A stretch of 64,000 nt of DNA, taken from NCBI RefSeq assembly GCF_009914755.1, contig NC_060947.1. One strand, 5' to 3'. Shown one piece after another: positions 42,880 through 58,165 of the stretch. The stretch's first letter is position 1; every line of letters begins with the position of its first letter. The position numbers and the translations under genes were made by a program. Source of the stretch: the human T2T-CHM13v2.0 reference genome, Homo sapiens. The notes beneath the pieces were generated by a model. That model saw only the letters and a program-made list of their open reading frames with translations. It searched no databases and was not told the DNA's origin.

Positions 42880-43640
42880 TCAGAGACTGTTTTACCCTGA
42901 GGTCAGTCTATCTTAGGAAGGGCCATTAAGAGGGGGTTGTGTGCTGGCTCTGGTTGAGGGTGGACCAAAGTTGAGGGCATTTCAAAGGGAGAATAAGGGA
43001 GTAGTAAGGGGAAATGACTAGGGCAGGGGATGGGATAAGGATGGGGTTGAAGGGGCTTGAACAAAGTTAGAGACGTGAAAAAAAGCAGGTAAGGGTGTTG
43101 GTCAATGTCAATGCAGTTAGGCCATCTGTGTTTGCTGATTGATATGTACCTAAGTTAGGCCTATCTTCCCACAGACACTAGGAGACAGGGGCTCTCTCCT
43201 TCCTGATGATTATATTTCAAAGGAATGGCTCTCAAATCATTGAGAAAGACACTCTTGGGTTGTAGAAGATACATATACGTCTCAAAGGGACAGAAAAAGG
43301 GTTTGCAATTGTAAGTTATTTTTAAAGTAAATCCTTCTAAGAAAAGGGAGGTCAGGGGCCTGTAGTTAGTTTTGGGTTGGAACATTCAGGAAATTTTTTT
43401 GGCAGCATTAAGCTTTCTCTTGAGGGAAATTAAGGGTACTAGGGTCATCATCCTAAAGACATGGCCTTGAGCTGTTAGACACTATGCTAGTGTTTGTTCA
43501 AGTCTCTTGGTATGGAGGGGGAGAGATAGATAAAATCATTTGTGCTGAGAGTATACAGCTTTCATAGAACAAGGTTGAGGCCCAGTTAAGAATGGTCAGA
43601 GTAGCGTGAGTAAATTTTGGTCAAGAAGATAGTCTTTGTT
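42880..43640 (-). mobile_element. MER31/MER67-like LTR
   Basis: Minus-strand start TAACAAAGACTATCTTCTTGACCAAAATTT resembles MER31; left boundary uncertain. Confidence 0.6.
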
Positions 43641-43899
43641 ATGATGTACTGTCAGATCATACCACATCCACACACTCATCCCACTCCCCAGTACTGTTTT
43701 TTTTCTAGACTTGTTCACTTCTCCCTACAAAAGTAAAGCCCTTTTCTGCCTGGCTTTTGAGATGTTTGCAGAGGTCAGCATATTCCCCATTGTAATAGTC
43801 ATCCACTTCTTCTGTCATAGTTCTTGTCCACCATCTTGCAAAAATCCTTTGGAATAAACTCTCTTCTTACCTAAGCCTGGGTTTTTTTATTTGACATCG

Positions 43900-44050
43900 T
43901 AGCACTCTATAATTATCATATTGTATTGTAACTACTTGTTTCATGTCTGTCTTACTGTAAACTCTGTAAGAACAAGGACCGTGTCTGTTACCCAGTGTTT
44001 AGTGCAGCATGTAGTATCAAATAGGCACTCAATAAATATTTATTGACTGA
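43900..44050 (+). mobile_element. LINE-2 3' end
   Basis: CTGTAAACTCTGTAAGAACAAGGACCGTGTCTG...TAGGCACTCAATAAATATT. Confidence 0.75.
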
Positions 44051-44302
44051 AGCATTTATGGAAGGATTCTGTATTGAGAATGTATTTCTAATTATAATAC
44101 TATATACAGAGTTATGTCATTCTCCTCTGTATATTGACCACATTATCGAATATGAAAGTTTTTAAGGGGAAGAGGGAAAATAATGGTGCTAGGAATTTCC
44201 TTTGCTAAAGTTTATCTCCTTCAGTCACTGAAGAAGAACAGAGACTGACAATATTACCTTTCTTTTCTTTCTTGTAGAAATATGAACCTTCCCATTATAA
44301 AT

Positions 44303-45322
44303 TGTAGAAGAGGAAAAACTTGTCTGCTATCCTTTTAAGTTCAGGCACTGGGGCCTGTAAATTAAGCTGACAAAAGCCATAGGAGCAAAAGAAAAGGCAT
44401 ACAGTTGTGAAGCCCGAGTGTCTGAGATAGGTCTCAGGTTAATTTAGAAAGTTTGTTTTGCCAAGGTTGAGGACACATGCCTGTGACACAGCCTCAGGTG
44501 GTCCTGATGACATGTGCCCAAGGTGGTCAGAGCACAGTTTGGTTTTGTACATTTTAGAGAGATTTGAGACCTCAATCAATGTATGTAAGATGAACATTGG
44601 TTAGGTCTGGAAAGGCAGGACAACTGGAATCGGGGAGGGGGCTTCCAGGTCACAGGTAGATAAGAGACAAATAGTTGCATTCCTTTGAGTTTCTGATTAG
44701 CCTTTCCAAAGGAGGCAATCAGATATGCATTTATCTCAGTGAGCAGCGGGGTGACTTTGAATAGAATGGGAGGCAGGTTTGCCCTGAGCAGTTCCCAGCT
44801 TGACTTTTTTCCTTTAGCTTAGTGATTTGGGGGCTCCAAAATTTATTTTCCTTTCACAGTTTTTATTAAAGCTAATATTTTTATGTGGGTGAAGGCCTCA
44901 CAGAAAACAAGTAAAAACTCAAAGAAGCAATTAGACTTGGGGGCTTATACCATTTTAACAAAAGGAAATACATTGTAGACAACTGACTAGACAAAGAAAA
45001 GTGAGTTTGGTTTTCTAGGAGTGATAAATTGTGGGAAAGTGACTAGGAAATACATAGAGTAACTAACGGAAGATAAAGCTTGTCTTGGTAAGATTGGTTT
45101 ATGCAGACTTAGTATTAACTCTTATGTGATGATAAGTGTTGCTCTCCCCTTCCTGGTTCAGGGAGGGCACCTTTTTAATGGAAAATTCATTCCTTGCTTT
45201 TAGGCAGATAGGGGAGGACAGAAAGCTCTTCCTGCATCTACTGTTTCTCAGTTTCCTTCAGCTCAAAATAATCTCCATGCCAAAGTGGCTTATTTTAAAG
45301 TGGCATATTCTGATCTTCTTCA
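44303..45322 (-). mobile_element. MER34-like LTR split by a MER4A insertion
   Basis: Minus-strand start TGAAGAAGATCAGAATATGCCACTTTAAAATAAGCCACTTTGGCAT; TG...CA termini. Confidence 0.75.
44406..44858 (-). mobile_element. Solo MER4A-type LTR
   Basis: Minus-strand start TGTGAAAGGAAAATAAATT; GACACAGCCTCAGGTGGTCCTGATGACATGTGCCCAAGGTGGTC is a MER4 core. Confidence 0.9.
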
Positions 45323-46811
45323 AGATCCTTGGCCATTTATAACAGAAAGAATTTGAGGATTTTTGTTTTGAGATCTACTTTGTTGTTATTTCTTTTAATC
45401 AACCTGAAGATATTTTTCATTTGTTCCTGTATTTTAAAAGTAAGCCAAAAAGGTAAAATTTATGTTTTATTTTCTATTTTTTCCCACTGGAATAGACTGC
45501 ACACTTAACTGTGCACTTTGGTAAACTGTTCAAATTAATCCCAATGATTATATTTAAGGTAAAGAGCTATTTGCTGAGTATTTAGCAGCCCACTAAGATC
45601 ATTGATCTCATTGATATCATGGCTCAGTTTCCAGAGTGAGATTGATAATTAACAATGTAGATTAGTTGCTACAGGCAAGATCTTTGTGTGTTGATATGCT
45701 GTCTTTCAGCTCTCTTTTTAAGAGTGCTAATCACATTTGCATACTTTTTTCATCGTGAAGACTTTTATTGCTGTCTATAAACTTTGAAAATATCTTGAGC
45801 ATAGCAGCAACTTTGCTCAATTGTTCATAGTCTTAGTTCTTTTACACTTTAATTGTTAAATGAAAGCAGCATTGCTGAACAGAAACGACATATCTCAATT
45901 TGAAGAAAAGGAAAGACACCTCTATTTTGAAAGTAGCCAAAACTGAAATAATGTAAAAGATTTATAATCAAATGGAATGAAGCTGCTTTGTGATTTAAGC
46001 TTTACAAAGGATAGCAACTAGAATTATTCAATATGAAGGTCAAGCTCAAGAAGCAGTGTTCACTTTTTAAAACCAATTTCTAGTTGACATGGCAAATATA
46101 AATACAGCACCATACAAGGGCAGGAGGAGGGGAGTGTCACAAGAAGCTCTACACTGTGTTTATAATCACAGCTGGCAATGTTTACCTAACTTCTAATCCA
46201 GTTAGTCAACCACTGTATCTCTATGTGAGCAAGATGATGTAGATTATTGAAAATATTCTATATGCCAAAATAAAGCCAACAGGCTCATGAGAAATAGTTT
46301 TGGCTAGGTTTATTTGATTTGGCAGGAAACAAAGAAAATGACAGCAAGAATGGAGTGGCAGTTTGAGATTTAGTTTTCCTACAAAAATATGCCAATTAAT
46401 GTATTTTGTTAGTACATTACAATGATTCCAGTATAATTTTTCATGACATAGCCAAGCATGGCTCAAGTATCTATAGTGGCTTAGGACAGATTGCAAAATG
46501 CATAGACCCTCTGGTGACTGAGACGGCTTCAGGTTCTGCCAGACCACCAGGCAGAGATATAGCTACAGAATACATTATTGTATGCCCAGAGAAGGAATCA
46601 GTAACAGAGAGAGAGAATAATGGGATATCCCTGAAGATGGTCAAGCACATTGATTCAAGTGATATTGAATGATCAAAGCTAGGAGGTGTGCAGCATTCCA
46701 GGAAGTCTACCATAACATAAGAGGGTTCATGGGCTGTAGGCAAATCCCAGGGATGGACATTACTGGTAAGACAAAGAAGTCCCTGGTCCTATAGAGATCT
46801 AAGTAATGGGC

Positions 46812-47404
46812 TATAGAAGAGGAAAAACCTTTTTCCCCCTACCCATTTTAGGTTCATTGGCTGGGACCTGTGAATTAGACTGACAAAAGATAAAATAGCA
46901 AGAGAAAAGCAAACAATTTGATTAACATGTGCCCCATATATACACATCGAGCAACAGACACTAAATGATGTGAAACTCAAAGGGATAGTTAAAATGTGTG
47001 CTTATATAACATCTTAACAAAATAAAAATAAATATTTAGAGAAGTGGCAAAACAAAGGAAAAGGACTTTGAGTTTCTAGGAAAGTAAATTTGGGGAAGGT
47101 AAATACATGGGGGAAACTAATGGAAGATAAGGGCTAGTTAGTAACATTTGTTATGAAGACTCATCTTGGGGGGTCCCTAGGCTGCTGAGGGTCTAGAGTT
47201 GCCTGTGATGATTAATTTCAATTTTTCTTGGTTGAGTGGTGAGGGGAGACACCTTTACAAATTTATGTCCTGCTTTTAGGCAAATAGGGGCAGGGCAGAG
47301 AGCTTTTGTATCTTGGGATCTGCTTCTTCCCAATTGCTTTTGCCTCAAGAAAATCCTTATGTCAAGGTGCCACGTTTTGGGGTGGTATATTCTGCTACTC
47401 TTCA
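46812..47404 (-). mobile_element. MER34-like solo LTR
   Basis: Minus-strand start TGAAGAGTAGCAGAATATACCACCCCAAAACGTGGCACC; homologous ends to 44303-45322. Confidence 0.75.
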
Positions 47405-48339
47405 AGGTGTATTAACAAGACTCAAGGAAATAGCAGAAGCCTATTTTCAGAATAGAGGCATCTGGTTTACACTGGACTAGCAGAAAGGTCACTCACAGCT
47501 GAGAGATGGGCTAGAAAGACTTCATTACCTCCTGATTAAGGACAGGATGAAGGACAGGATTGGTCCTCCACTGTAGACTGAGGTTAATCAGTGCAGTTGT
47601 GGTGTGATTAAGGACAAAAAAAGTGAGACAAGGTCAGTGACATTCAGAGCCAGGGAACAAACTTCAAGAATTCAGAGTTAAGTCAAGCAAAGGGTGCCTT
47701 TAATTTGTTGGAATTCATTATCTGGTATTTCATGAAAAAGATGTGAATGCTTTGAATATACGTAGAGGGCAGCCTTTACACCTGCACACTCAATTGCATT
47801 GCCTCTTACCAGCTCATGGACAATTAAGGTGTCATTTTTCTCCTTTTCTTTAATCTATTTTTTTCCATCATTACTAGATCATTTCCATCAGTATGCACAC
47901 ATGTGGCAATATCCCACTTTGACACAACTCTCCTTCGATGTTACATCTTTTTGAGATATTTTTAACTTCCTTTGCTCCCCATTTAGCAAAACTGCCTTAA
48001 ACCCCTCAATACTCACTGTCTTTACTTCATCACCTTCTGTTATCTCTTGATCTCACACTAGTCAGGTTTTTATCGCGGTCACTCCATTGAAGTAACTCTT
48101 GACAAGGTTACCAATGATTTCCATGTTCCTAAATCCCACACTCAATTCTCAGTCCTCATATTATTTTCCTATAAGCTGCATTTGACATAATTTGATCATT
48201 TACTCCTTGGCTTCTGTCTCCTTCCCTTTTGGCTGCTTTTTCTTGGCATACTTTGCTTGATCATCCTTATCATCCAGATATCTTGAGTGTTGGAACCCCC
48301 GGTGGCTTAGTTCTAGAATTTTTTCCTTATATTTTCTTA

Positions 48340-49110
48340 TTGCAAGGCATGTGACTTTCTGCTTGAGGACTTTCTCTGGCCACAGGAGTGTGCTCTACCT
48401 GTAACTCGGGTGGGCTGCCACTGAAATTTAGTACTGTTAGATCAGCCCTTAATCAATAATTGACAGAAATTAGTGGATAAATATCCCGACTTCTTTACTG
48501 CTTCAGAGAGATGACATTAGGACATGTTCTATAGTTTCTTGGAATTCTCCTTCAGCTGGATCGAGCTTCAGTTGCACACAGAAGTAAACTTTTTGTTTAT
48601 TAATGCATGCTGTATTGGCTTTCTTCCCTTTTCTGTCTCACTTCTCTATTTTCCAATTGGTGCTTCCTGGGGTCACCTCTTGTTTAAACTTGGGCATTTA
48701 AACTTGGATATTAAACAGATTCTGAGACAGAGATGTGTGTGCAAGAGGTTTATTGAGGAGTGATCTCAGGAATGACATTAGTAAAGTTGTGAGAGAAGCA
48801 GGATTGGTCACAGGGAGAAGCCGAACTACAATGCAAAAGAACCATTGGTATTAGCTGACTCTGTGGGGAGCTTTATAACTAGGATGTCCTTCAGAGTTAA
48901 GGCAAAAGGGTCAGGGGCTTGTATCTTGCATAGACCAGTCATTGTATGCAACTTGTCCCTGGGAAGGGGCTATAACCTAGACAAGATAGCTCTTATTGGC
49001 TAAGGGCAATGTTCAGAGAAGGACTCAGCAGTGAGCCATCAGCAGCAATACTCCTGACAACTGGGAAAATGAGCAAGAAGGGATGCTAATGGATTGCCAA
49101 AATTCACTAC
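48340..49110. mobile_element. Two abutting old ERVL-class LTR relics (LTR16/LTR33/LTR40-like)
   Basis: GGCTTTCTTCCCTTTTCTGTCTCACTTC...TGCTTCCTGGGGTCACCTC (plus) and CAGATTCTGAGACAGAGAT...GGTTTATTGAGGAGTG (minus). Confidence 0.55.
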
Positions 49111-49816
49111 ATTTGATCCCTGTGATGCTTGAATTTAATTGTTTCATATGGTAAGTTTGCTCATCTGGGAAAGGCTCCTTTCAGGATTCTGGTTGCTCTC
49201 TGTGGTATTATAAAAAATGTATTTGGCTTTTTAGCAATGGGTTTGCCACCAGAACACAGGTGTCATGAAAAGCACACCTAAAAGCCAAAATGGGAAAGGA
49301 AAAGGCTCATATCAGCATCACCGTCATTGGACATCAAGATTCGGGCAAGCCCACCACTAATGGCCATCTGGTAGACAAAAGAACCATTGAAAACTTTGAG
49401 AAGGACGCTGCTGAGATGGGAAAGGGCTTTTTCAAGTATGCCTGGGTCTTACATAAACTGAAAGCTGAGTGTGAATGTGGTGTCACCATTGATATCTCCC
49501 CATGGAAATTTGAAATGAGCAAGTACTACATGACTTACTGATGCCCCAAGACACAGAAACTTTATCAAAAACATGATTACAGGCACATCTTAGGCTGACT
49601 ATGCTGTCCTGATGCTTGCTGCTGGTGTTGGTGAATGTGAAGCTAGTATCTCCAAGAATAGGCAAACCTGTAAGCATGCCCTTCTGGCTTATATACTGGG
49701 GGTGAAACAATTAATTATTTGTCTTAACAAAATGGATTCCACTGAGCCACCCTACAGTCAGAAGAAATATGAAGAAATTATTAAGGAATTCTGCACTTAC
49801 ATTAAGAAAATTGGCT

Positions 49817-49860
49817 GCATTCTTGGAAGAAGTGGCATAGGTACAAAAAAGAAAAAAGAA
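49817..49860 (+). mobile_element. 44-bp retro-type micro-insertion (28-nt body plus A-rich tail)
   Basis: GCATTCTTGGAAGAAGTGGCATAGGTAC + AAAAAAGAAAAAAGAA, flanked by AAGAAAATTGGCT / AACAAAATTGGCT; EEF1A1 has this motif only once. Confidence 0.85.
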
Positions 49861-50932
49861 AACAAAATTGGCTAGAACCCCAGCACAGAAGCATGTGTGC
49901 CAAGTTCTGGATGGAATGGTGACAATATGCTGGAACCAAGTGCTTAGCATGCCTTGGATCTAGGAATGAAAAGTCACCTGTAAAGATGGCAATGCTAATA
50001 GAATCATGCTGCTTGAAGCTCTGGACTGCATCCTATCACCAACTTGTCCAACTGGCAAGCCCTTTCATCAGCCTCTCCAGAATGTCTACAAAATTGGTTG
50101 TATTGTTACTGTCCCTGGTGGCCAAATGGAGGCTAGTATTCTCAAACCTGGCATGGTGGTCACCTTTGCTCCAGTCAATGTTACAACTGAAGTGAAGTCT
50201 GTTGAAATGCACCATGAAGCTTTGAGTGAAGCTCTTTCTGGTGACAATTTGGGCTTCAATGTCTAGAATTTGTCTGTTAAGATGTTCATCATGGCAACAT
50301 TGCTGGTGACAGCAAACATAATCAACCAATTGGCTTCACTGCTCAGGTGATTATCCTGAACCATCCAGGTTAAGTCAGTGCTGGCTATGACCCTGTACTA
50401 GATTGTCACACAGCTCACATTGCTTGCAGGTTTGCCAAGCTGAAGAAAATGATTGATTGCTGTTCTGATAAGAACCTGGAAGATGGCCCTATATTCTAGA
50501 AGTCTGGCGATGCTGCCATCATGGATACGATTCCTGGCTAGCCCATGTGTGTTGAGAGCTTCTCTGACTATCCTCCTCTGGATTGTTTTGCTCTTGGTGA
50601 TATGAGACAGACAGTTGCTGTGGATGTCATCAAAGCAGTGGACCAGATTGCTGTTGGAGCTGACAAGGTCACCAAATATTCCCAGAAAGCTCAGAAGCCT
50701 AAATGCATATTATCTCTAATACCTGCCACCCCAGTCTTAATCAGTGGTAGAAGAATGGTCCCAGAACTGTTTGTTTCAGTTGACCATTTAATAGTAAAAG
50801 TCTGGTTAATGATAAGGATGCATCACAAAACCTTCAAAATAAAAGGAGAACCCCAAAATGGTTTCCTTATTTTTATTTTTATTTTTTTGCATGTGGCAGT
50901 TTTAAGTTATTAGTTTTTAAAATCAGTATTTT

Positions 50933-53202
50933 TTATTTTCTTTTTTCTGACTTCTATTTTTTAAGTTCAGAAAGTATATGTGTGGATTTGTTACATGGGT
51001 GAAGTGTGTGTCATGGGGATTTGATGTACAGATTATTTTGTCCCCCAGGTAACGAGCATAGTACCAGATAGGTAGTTTTTGATCCTCATCCTCCTCCCAC
51101 CCTCCACCTTAAGTAGGCCCAAGTGTCTTTTGTCTATTTTCCCCTTCTTTGTGTCCATATGTGCTCAATGTTTAGCTTCCACTTGTAAGTCAGAACAGGC
51201 AGTATTTGGTTTTCTGTTCTTTTGTTAGTTCATTCGGAATAATGGCCTCCAGCTCTATTGATGTCAATGCAAAGGACATGATATTGTTCTTCTTTATGGC
51301 AATGCAGAGTTCTGTGGTGTACATGTACCACATTTTCTTTATCCAGTCCACCACTGATGGTTATATAGGTTGCTTTCATGTCTTTGCTATTGTGAATAGT
51401 GCTGGGATGAACATACACATGCATGTGTCTTTATGGTAGAACAATTTAATATTTCTTTGGGTTTATACCCAGCAATAGAATTGCTGGATCAAATGGTATT
51501 TCTGTATTAAATTCTTTGAGAAATTTCCAACTGCTTTCCACAGTGGCTAAACTAATTTACATTCCCACCAGTGGTGTGTAAATGTTCCCTTTTCTCTGCA
51601 ACCTTGCCAGCACCTGTTATTTTTAGAGTTTTTAATAACAGCCATTCTGACTGGTATGAAATGGTATCACATTGTGGTTTTGATTTGCATTGCTCTAATG
51701 ATTAGCGATGTTGAGCATGTTTTCATATGCTTGTTGGCTGCATCTGTTTTGTCTTTTGAGAAGTATCTGTTCATGTCCTTTGCCCATTTTTTAATGGGGT
51801 TGTTTTTTGCTTGTTAATTTAAGTTCCTTATAGATTCCGAATATTAGACCTTTGTCAGATGCATAGTTTGCAAATATTTTATCCCATTCTGCAGTTTGTA
51901 TGTTTATTCTGTTGATAATTTCTTTTGTTGTTCAGAAGTTCTTTAGTTTAATTAGGTCCCACTTGTCAATTTTTTTTATATTGCTTTTGTTGTCTGAATC
52001 ATGAAATCTTTGCCAGGGCCTATGTCCAAATGATACTTCCTAGATTTTCTTCTAGGTTTTTCCTGGTTTTAGGTATCACATTTAAGTGTTTAATCCATCT
52101 CGAGTTGATTTTTATATATGTCGAAAGGAAGGAATCCAGGTTCAATCTTCTGCATGTGGCTAGCCAGTTATCCCAGTACCATTTATTGAATGGTCCTTTC
52201 CCCATTGCTTGTTTTTGTCAGCTTTGTTGAAGATCAGATGATTGTAGATGTGTGGCTTTATTTCAGGGTTCTCTAACCTGTTCCATTGGTCTATGTGTCT
52301 ATTTTTGTGCCAATACCATGCCATGTTGTTTACTGTATCATTGTAGTATAGTTTGAAGTCTGGTCAGGTGATGACTCCAGCTTTGTTCCTTCTGCTTAGG
52401 ATTGCTTTGGCTAGTCAGGTTCTTTTTTCATTCCTTATAAATTTTAGAGTGTGTGTGTGGTTTTTTTTCTAATTCTGTGAAAAATGTCACTGGTAGTTTG
52501 ATAGGAATAGCATTGAATCTGTGAATTGCTTTGGGCACTATGACCATTTTAACAATATTGATTGTTCCTATCCATGAGCTGGAATGTTTTTCCATTTGTT
52601 TATGTCATGTCTGATTTATTTCAGCATTGTTTTATAATTCTTGCTGTAGAAATATTTCACCTTCCTTGTTAGCTGTATTCATAGGTATTTTATTCTTTTT
52701 GTGGCTATTGTGAATGGGATTACTTTCTTGACTTTTCTCTCAGCTTGGTGCATTGATTTTGTATCCTGAAACTTTGCTGAAGTTGTTTATCAGATCGAGG
52801 TGCCTTTGGGCAGAGACTATGGGGTTTCCAGGTATAGAATCATATGTCATGGGAAGAGAGATAATATGACTTCCTTTCTTTCTTCCTATTTGGTTGCCTT
52901 TTATTTCTTTCTCTTGCCTGATGGCTCTGGCTAGGACTTTCAGCACTATCTTCAACAGGCGTGGTGAGAGTGGGCATCCTTGTCTTGTTCTGGTTCTCAA
53001 GGGAAATGCTTTCAGCTTTTGCCGTTCAGTATGATGTTGGCTGTGGGTTTTTTATAGATGGCTCTTATTCTGAGATATATCACTTTGATGTCTAGTTTGT
53101 TGAGGGTTTCTAACATGAAGGGATGTTGAATTTATTAGTATTGAAAGCCTTTATGGCATCTATTGAGATGATTATGTGCTTTTGTTTTTAGTTCTATTTA
53201 TG
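50933..53202 (-). mobile_element. 5'-truncated L1PA13-16-type element
   Basis: T-rich tail, 3'UTR and ORF2 peptides (TRQGCPLSP); 15-bp TSD TAAAATCAGTA(T/C)TTT at 50918-50932 and 53203-53217. Confidence 0.93.
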
Positions 53203-53289
53203 TAAAATCAGTACTTTCAATGGAAACAACTTGACCAAAAATATGTCACAGAATTTTGAGACCCATAAAACAAATTTTAATGAGAAAAA

Positions 53290-53674
53290 TATATATATTA
53301 TAGATATTTGTCTAATATAGAAATAGATTTTATATATTTATATAATATATTTAGCTAATATAAATATATAATATATTTATATACAAATAAATTTGTATAT
53401 AAATATTTATATGTAAATATGAATATATATTTATGTTATCTAAATATATATTTATATTATAAAATATATTTTTGAAATAAATATATTTCAAAAATATATT
53501 TATTTCAAATATATTTAGTTTATATAAATATATATTTAGTTTATATAAATTTATTTTCTATACATGTATTTATTTTATATAAATATAGATATATTTTATA
53601 TAATAAGCATTAATTTTCTATAAATATATAGAAGTTTTAGAAAAATATACATATTAATTTTATATTATATTCAT
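53290..53674. repeat. AT-rich low-complexity tract (continues at 57067-57200)
   Basis: Almost purely A/T with internal direct and inverted repeats; directly follows the pseudogene 3' end. Confidence 0.9.
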
Positions 53675-56635
<2,961 letters not shown>

Positions 56636-57066
56636 ATAAACTGATTCAAAGAAAAGTACAAGTTAAAGGAATCGGGTATGGATTAGCATAGAGAAGAGAT
56701 GCATAAGGGACTTCTACATTACGGCTTTCAAATTTTTGATAATGAAGTTGTTAACCAGTTGGACAAAAAACAGAAGGGAGTTAAAATTAAAATTAGAAAA
56801 ATGTCACTTTGGCCAAAGGGTGTATTTTTTTTTTTTTTTACATAACATTCTTCTGTTCATTCACCAATCATTTTTGTAGCCTCCATTTTAGTCTGGGCTA
56901 TTCCAAGGTGCTGAAGTTTTTCAATGATGAGCAGTCAGGGTCTCAGATTCTACCAGGCTTGAAGCTGGATGGAGCTGGATGTCAAGGTTATAAAATGCCA
57001 AGAAAAGGCCATTGAAACTCATTAAAGAATCTCTTTGCATTGTTAAAATAAATAAATAAACAAATA
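56636..57066 (+). other. Candidate L1 3' transduction
   Basis: About 410 bp of unrelated sequence after the L1 tail; ATTAAA at 57021-57026; second A-rich tail from 57044. Confidence 0.65.
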
Positions 57067-58165
57067 AGTTTTATATAAATAAATATACATATTAATTTTA
57101 TATAAATATATATTTATTTATGAAAATATATTTTAAATATATAGATATGAATTTATGTAAATATATATCATACAATATATATTTTTGTATAATACATCAT
57201 TTAATATATTTGATCTTTGTACTCAGTTCTTGGCACAGATCATTGGCACTTCCTGAGTGATAGTAGTGCCTTTTGTTATTCATAATGAATCCCTTTTAAC
57301 ATCATCTGCGTTTATGCTAATGAAATGACTAAGCATGGGGTCCCAAATAGCTTTAGGTAGGGGGTTAGTCACTAGAAAGACAAAAACTCATGATTAGAGG
57401 GTTAGAATTTTCAGTCCCATCTCCTAACAACTGGGGAGGGAATGGAGGCTGAGTTTGAGTTCTATAAAAACTCTTGGACAATAGGATTCAGAGAGCTTTG
57501 GAGTTGCTGAACACATTGAAATGCTAGGAGAATGGTGCATTCATAATGGGAATGGAAGCTCCATATCCCCTCTCCCATAACTTGCCCCATGTATTTCTTC
57601 CAGTTAGCTATTTCCATTTTGTAGCCTTCATAATAAACCAGTACACCTAACTAAACTATTATCTTGAGTTCTGTGGGTTGTTCTACTCAATTATCAAACC
57701 TGAGGAGGTATTTGGAGTTGTGGAAACTCCTGAATTTATAGCTAGTTGGTCAGAAGTATAGGTGGTTCTTAGGACTTGTAACTGGTATCTGAAGTTGGGG
57801 AAGTCTTGTGGGACTAAGCCCTTAACCTGTTGTTTATGTGCTAACTCTGGGAGTTAGCTTCAGAATTAACCTGAATTATTGGACACCCAGTTGGTGTCAG
57901 AGAATTGGTTATTGGTGTCAGAATAAAACATGTACACATTTGGTTTCAGAAGTGGTGTCGGAGAAAACACCACCAAGATCTTGTCCTTTTTTCTTGGAAG
58001 ACATAAAAAAAAGGTTAGTGGTATCAGTTCTTGTTGCTATAGCTGTCTTGAGGCCAAAACAGATACTCTTAATCCCTCTTTTTTCATATTTGCTAGATTC
58101 CCTTTACCATCAGTTAGTACCCCTATTGATCCAGGGGGCTTACCTGGTGAGATGACCATACTCTC

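Larger units (their letters stand above)
41233..43896 (+). mobile_element. MER67-like LTR fragmented by several nested LTR insertions
   Basis: Starts TGACAATGTTGC...CCTGAGCCCTGTGCTCCTGGAAAA; resumes at 41999-42162; an LTR 3' end (AATAAA...TTTGACA) at 43640-43896 is assigned tentatively. Confidence 0.6.
49227..53289 (+). pseudogene. EEF1A1P: Full-length processed pseudogene of EEF1A1 (elongation factor 1-alpha 1); 3'UTR interrupted by an L1
   Basis: Begins at the 5'TOP start CTTTTTAGCAATGGGTTTGCC; intronless; [51 protein letters not shown]; many stops and frameshifts and an 18-nt deletion; 3'UTR resumes at 53203 and ends TAATGAGAAAAA. Confidence 0.97.

Noticed and set aside
45330-46800. Exons of a host gene in the unique stretches (also 9.2-12.1 kb and 31.4-33.9 kb)
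   Set aside because: No ORF with a recognisable domain or convincing splice-site pair. Small or non-coding exons cannot be excluded without alignment.
44303-47404. Two same-strand MER34-like LTRs as one provirus
   Set aside because: They are clearly divergent internally, share no TSD, and I see no PBS or PPT in the 1.5 kb between them
49290-50913. Functional EEF1A paralogue
   Set aside because: Multiple stops and frameshifts, a damaged P-loop (GHQDSGKP), an internal insertion, and the native stop codon is lost
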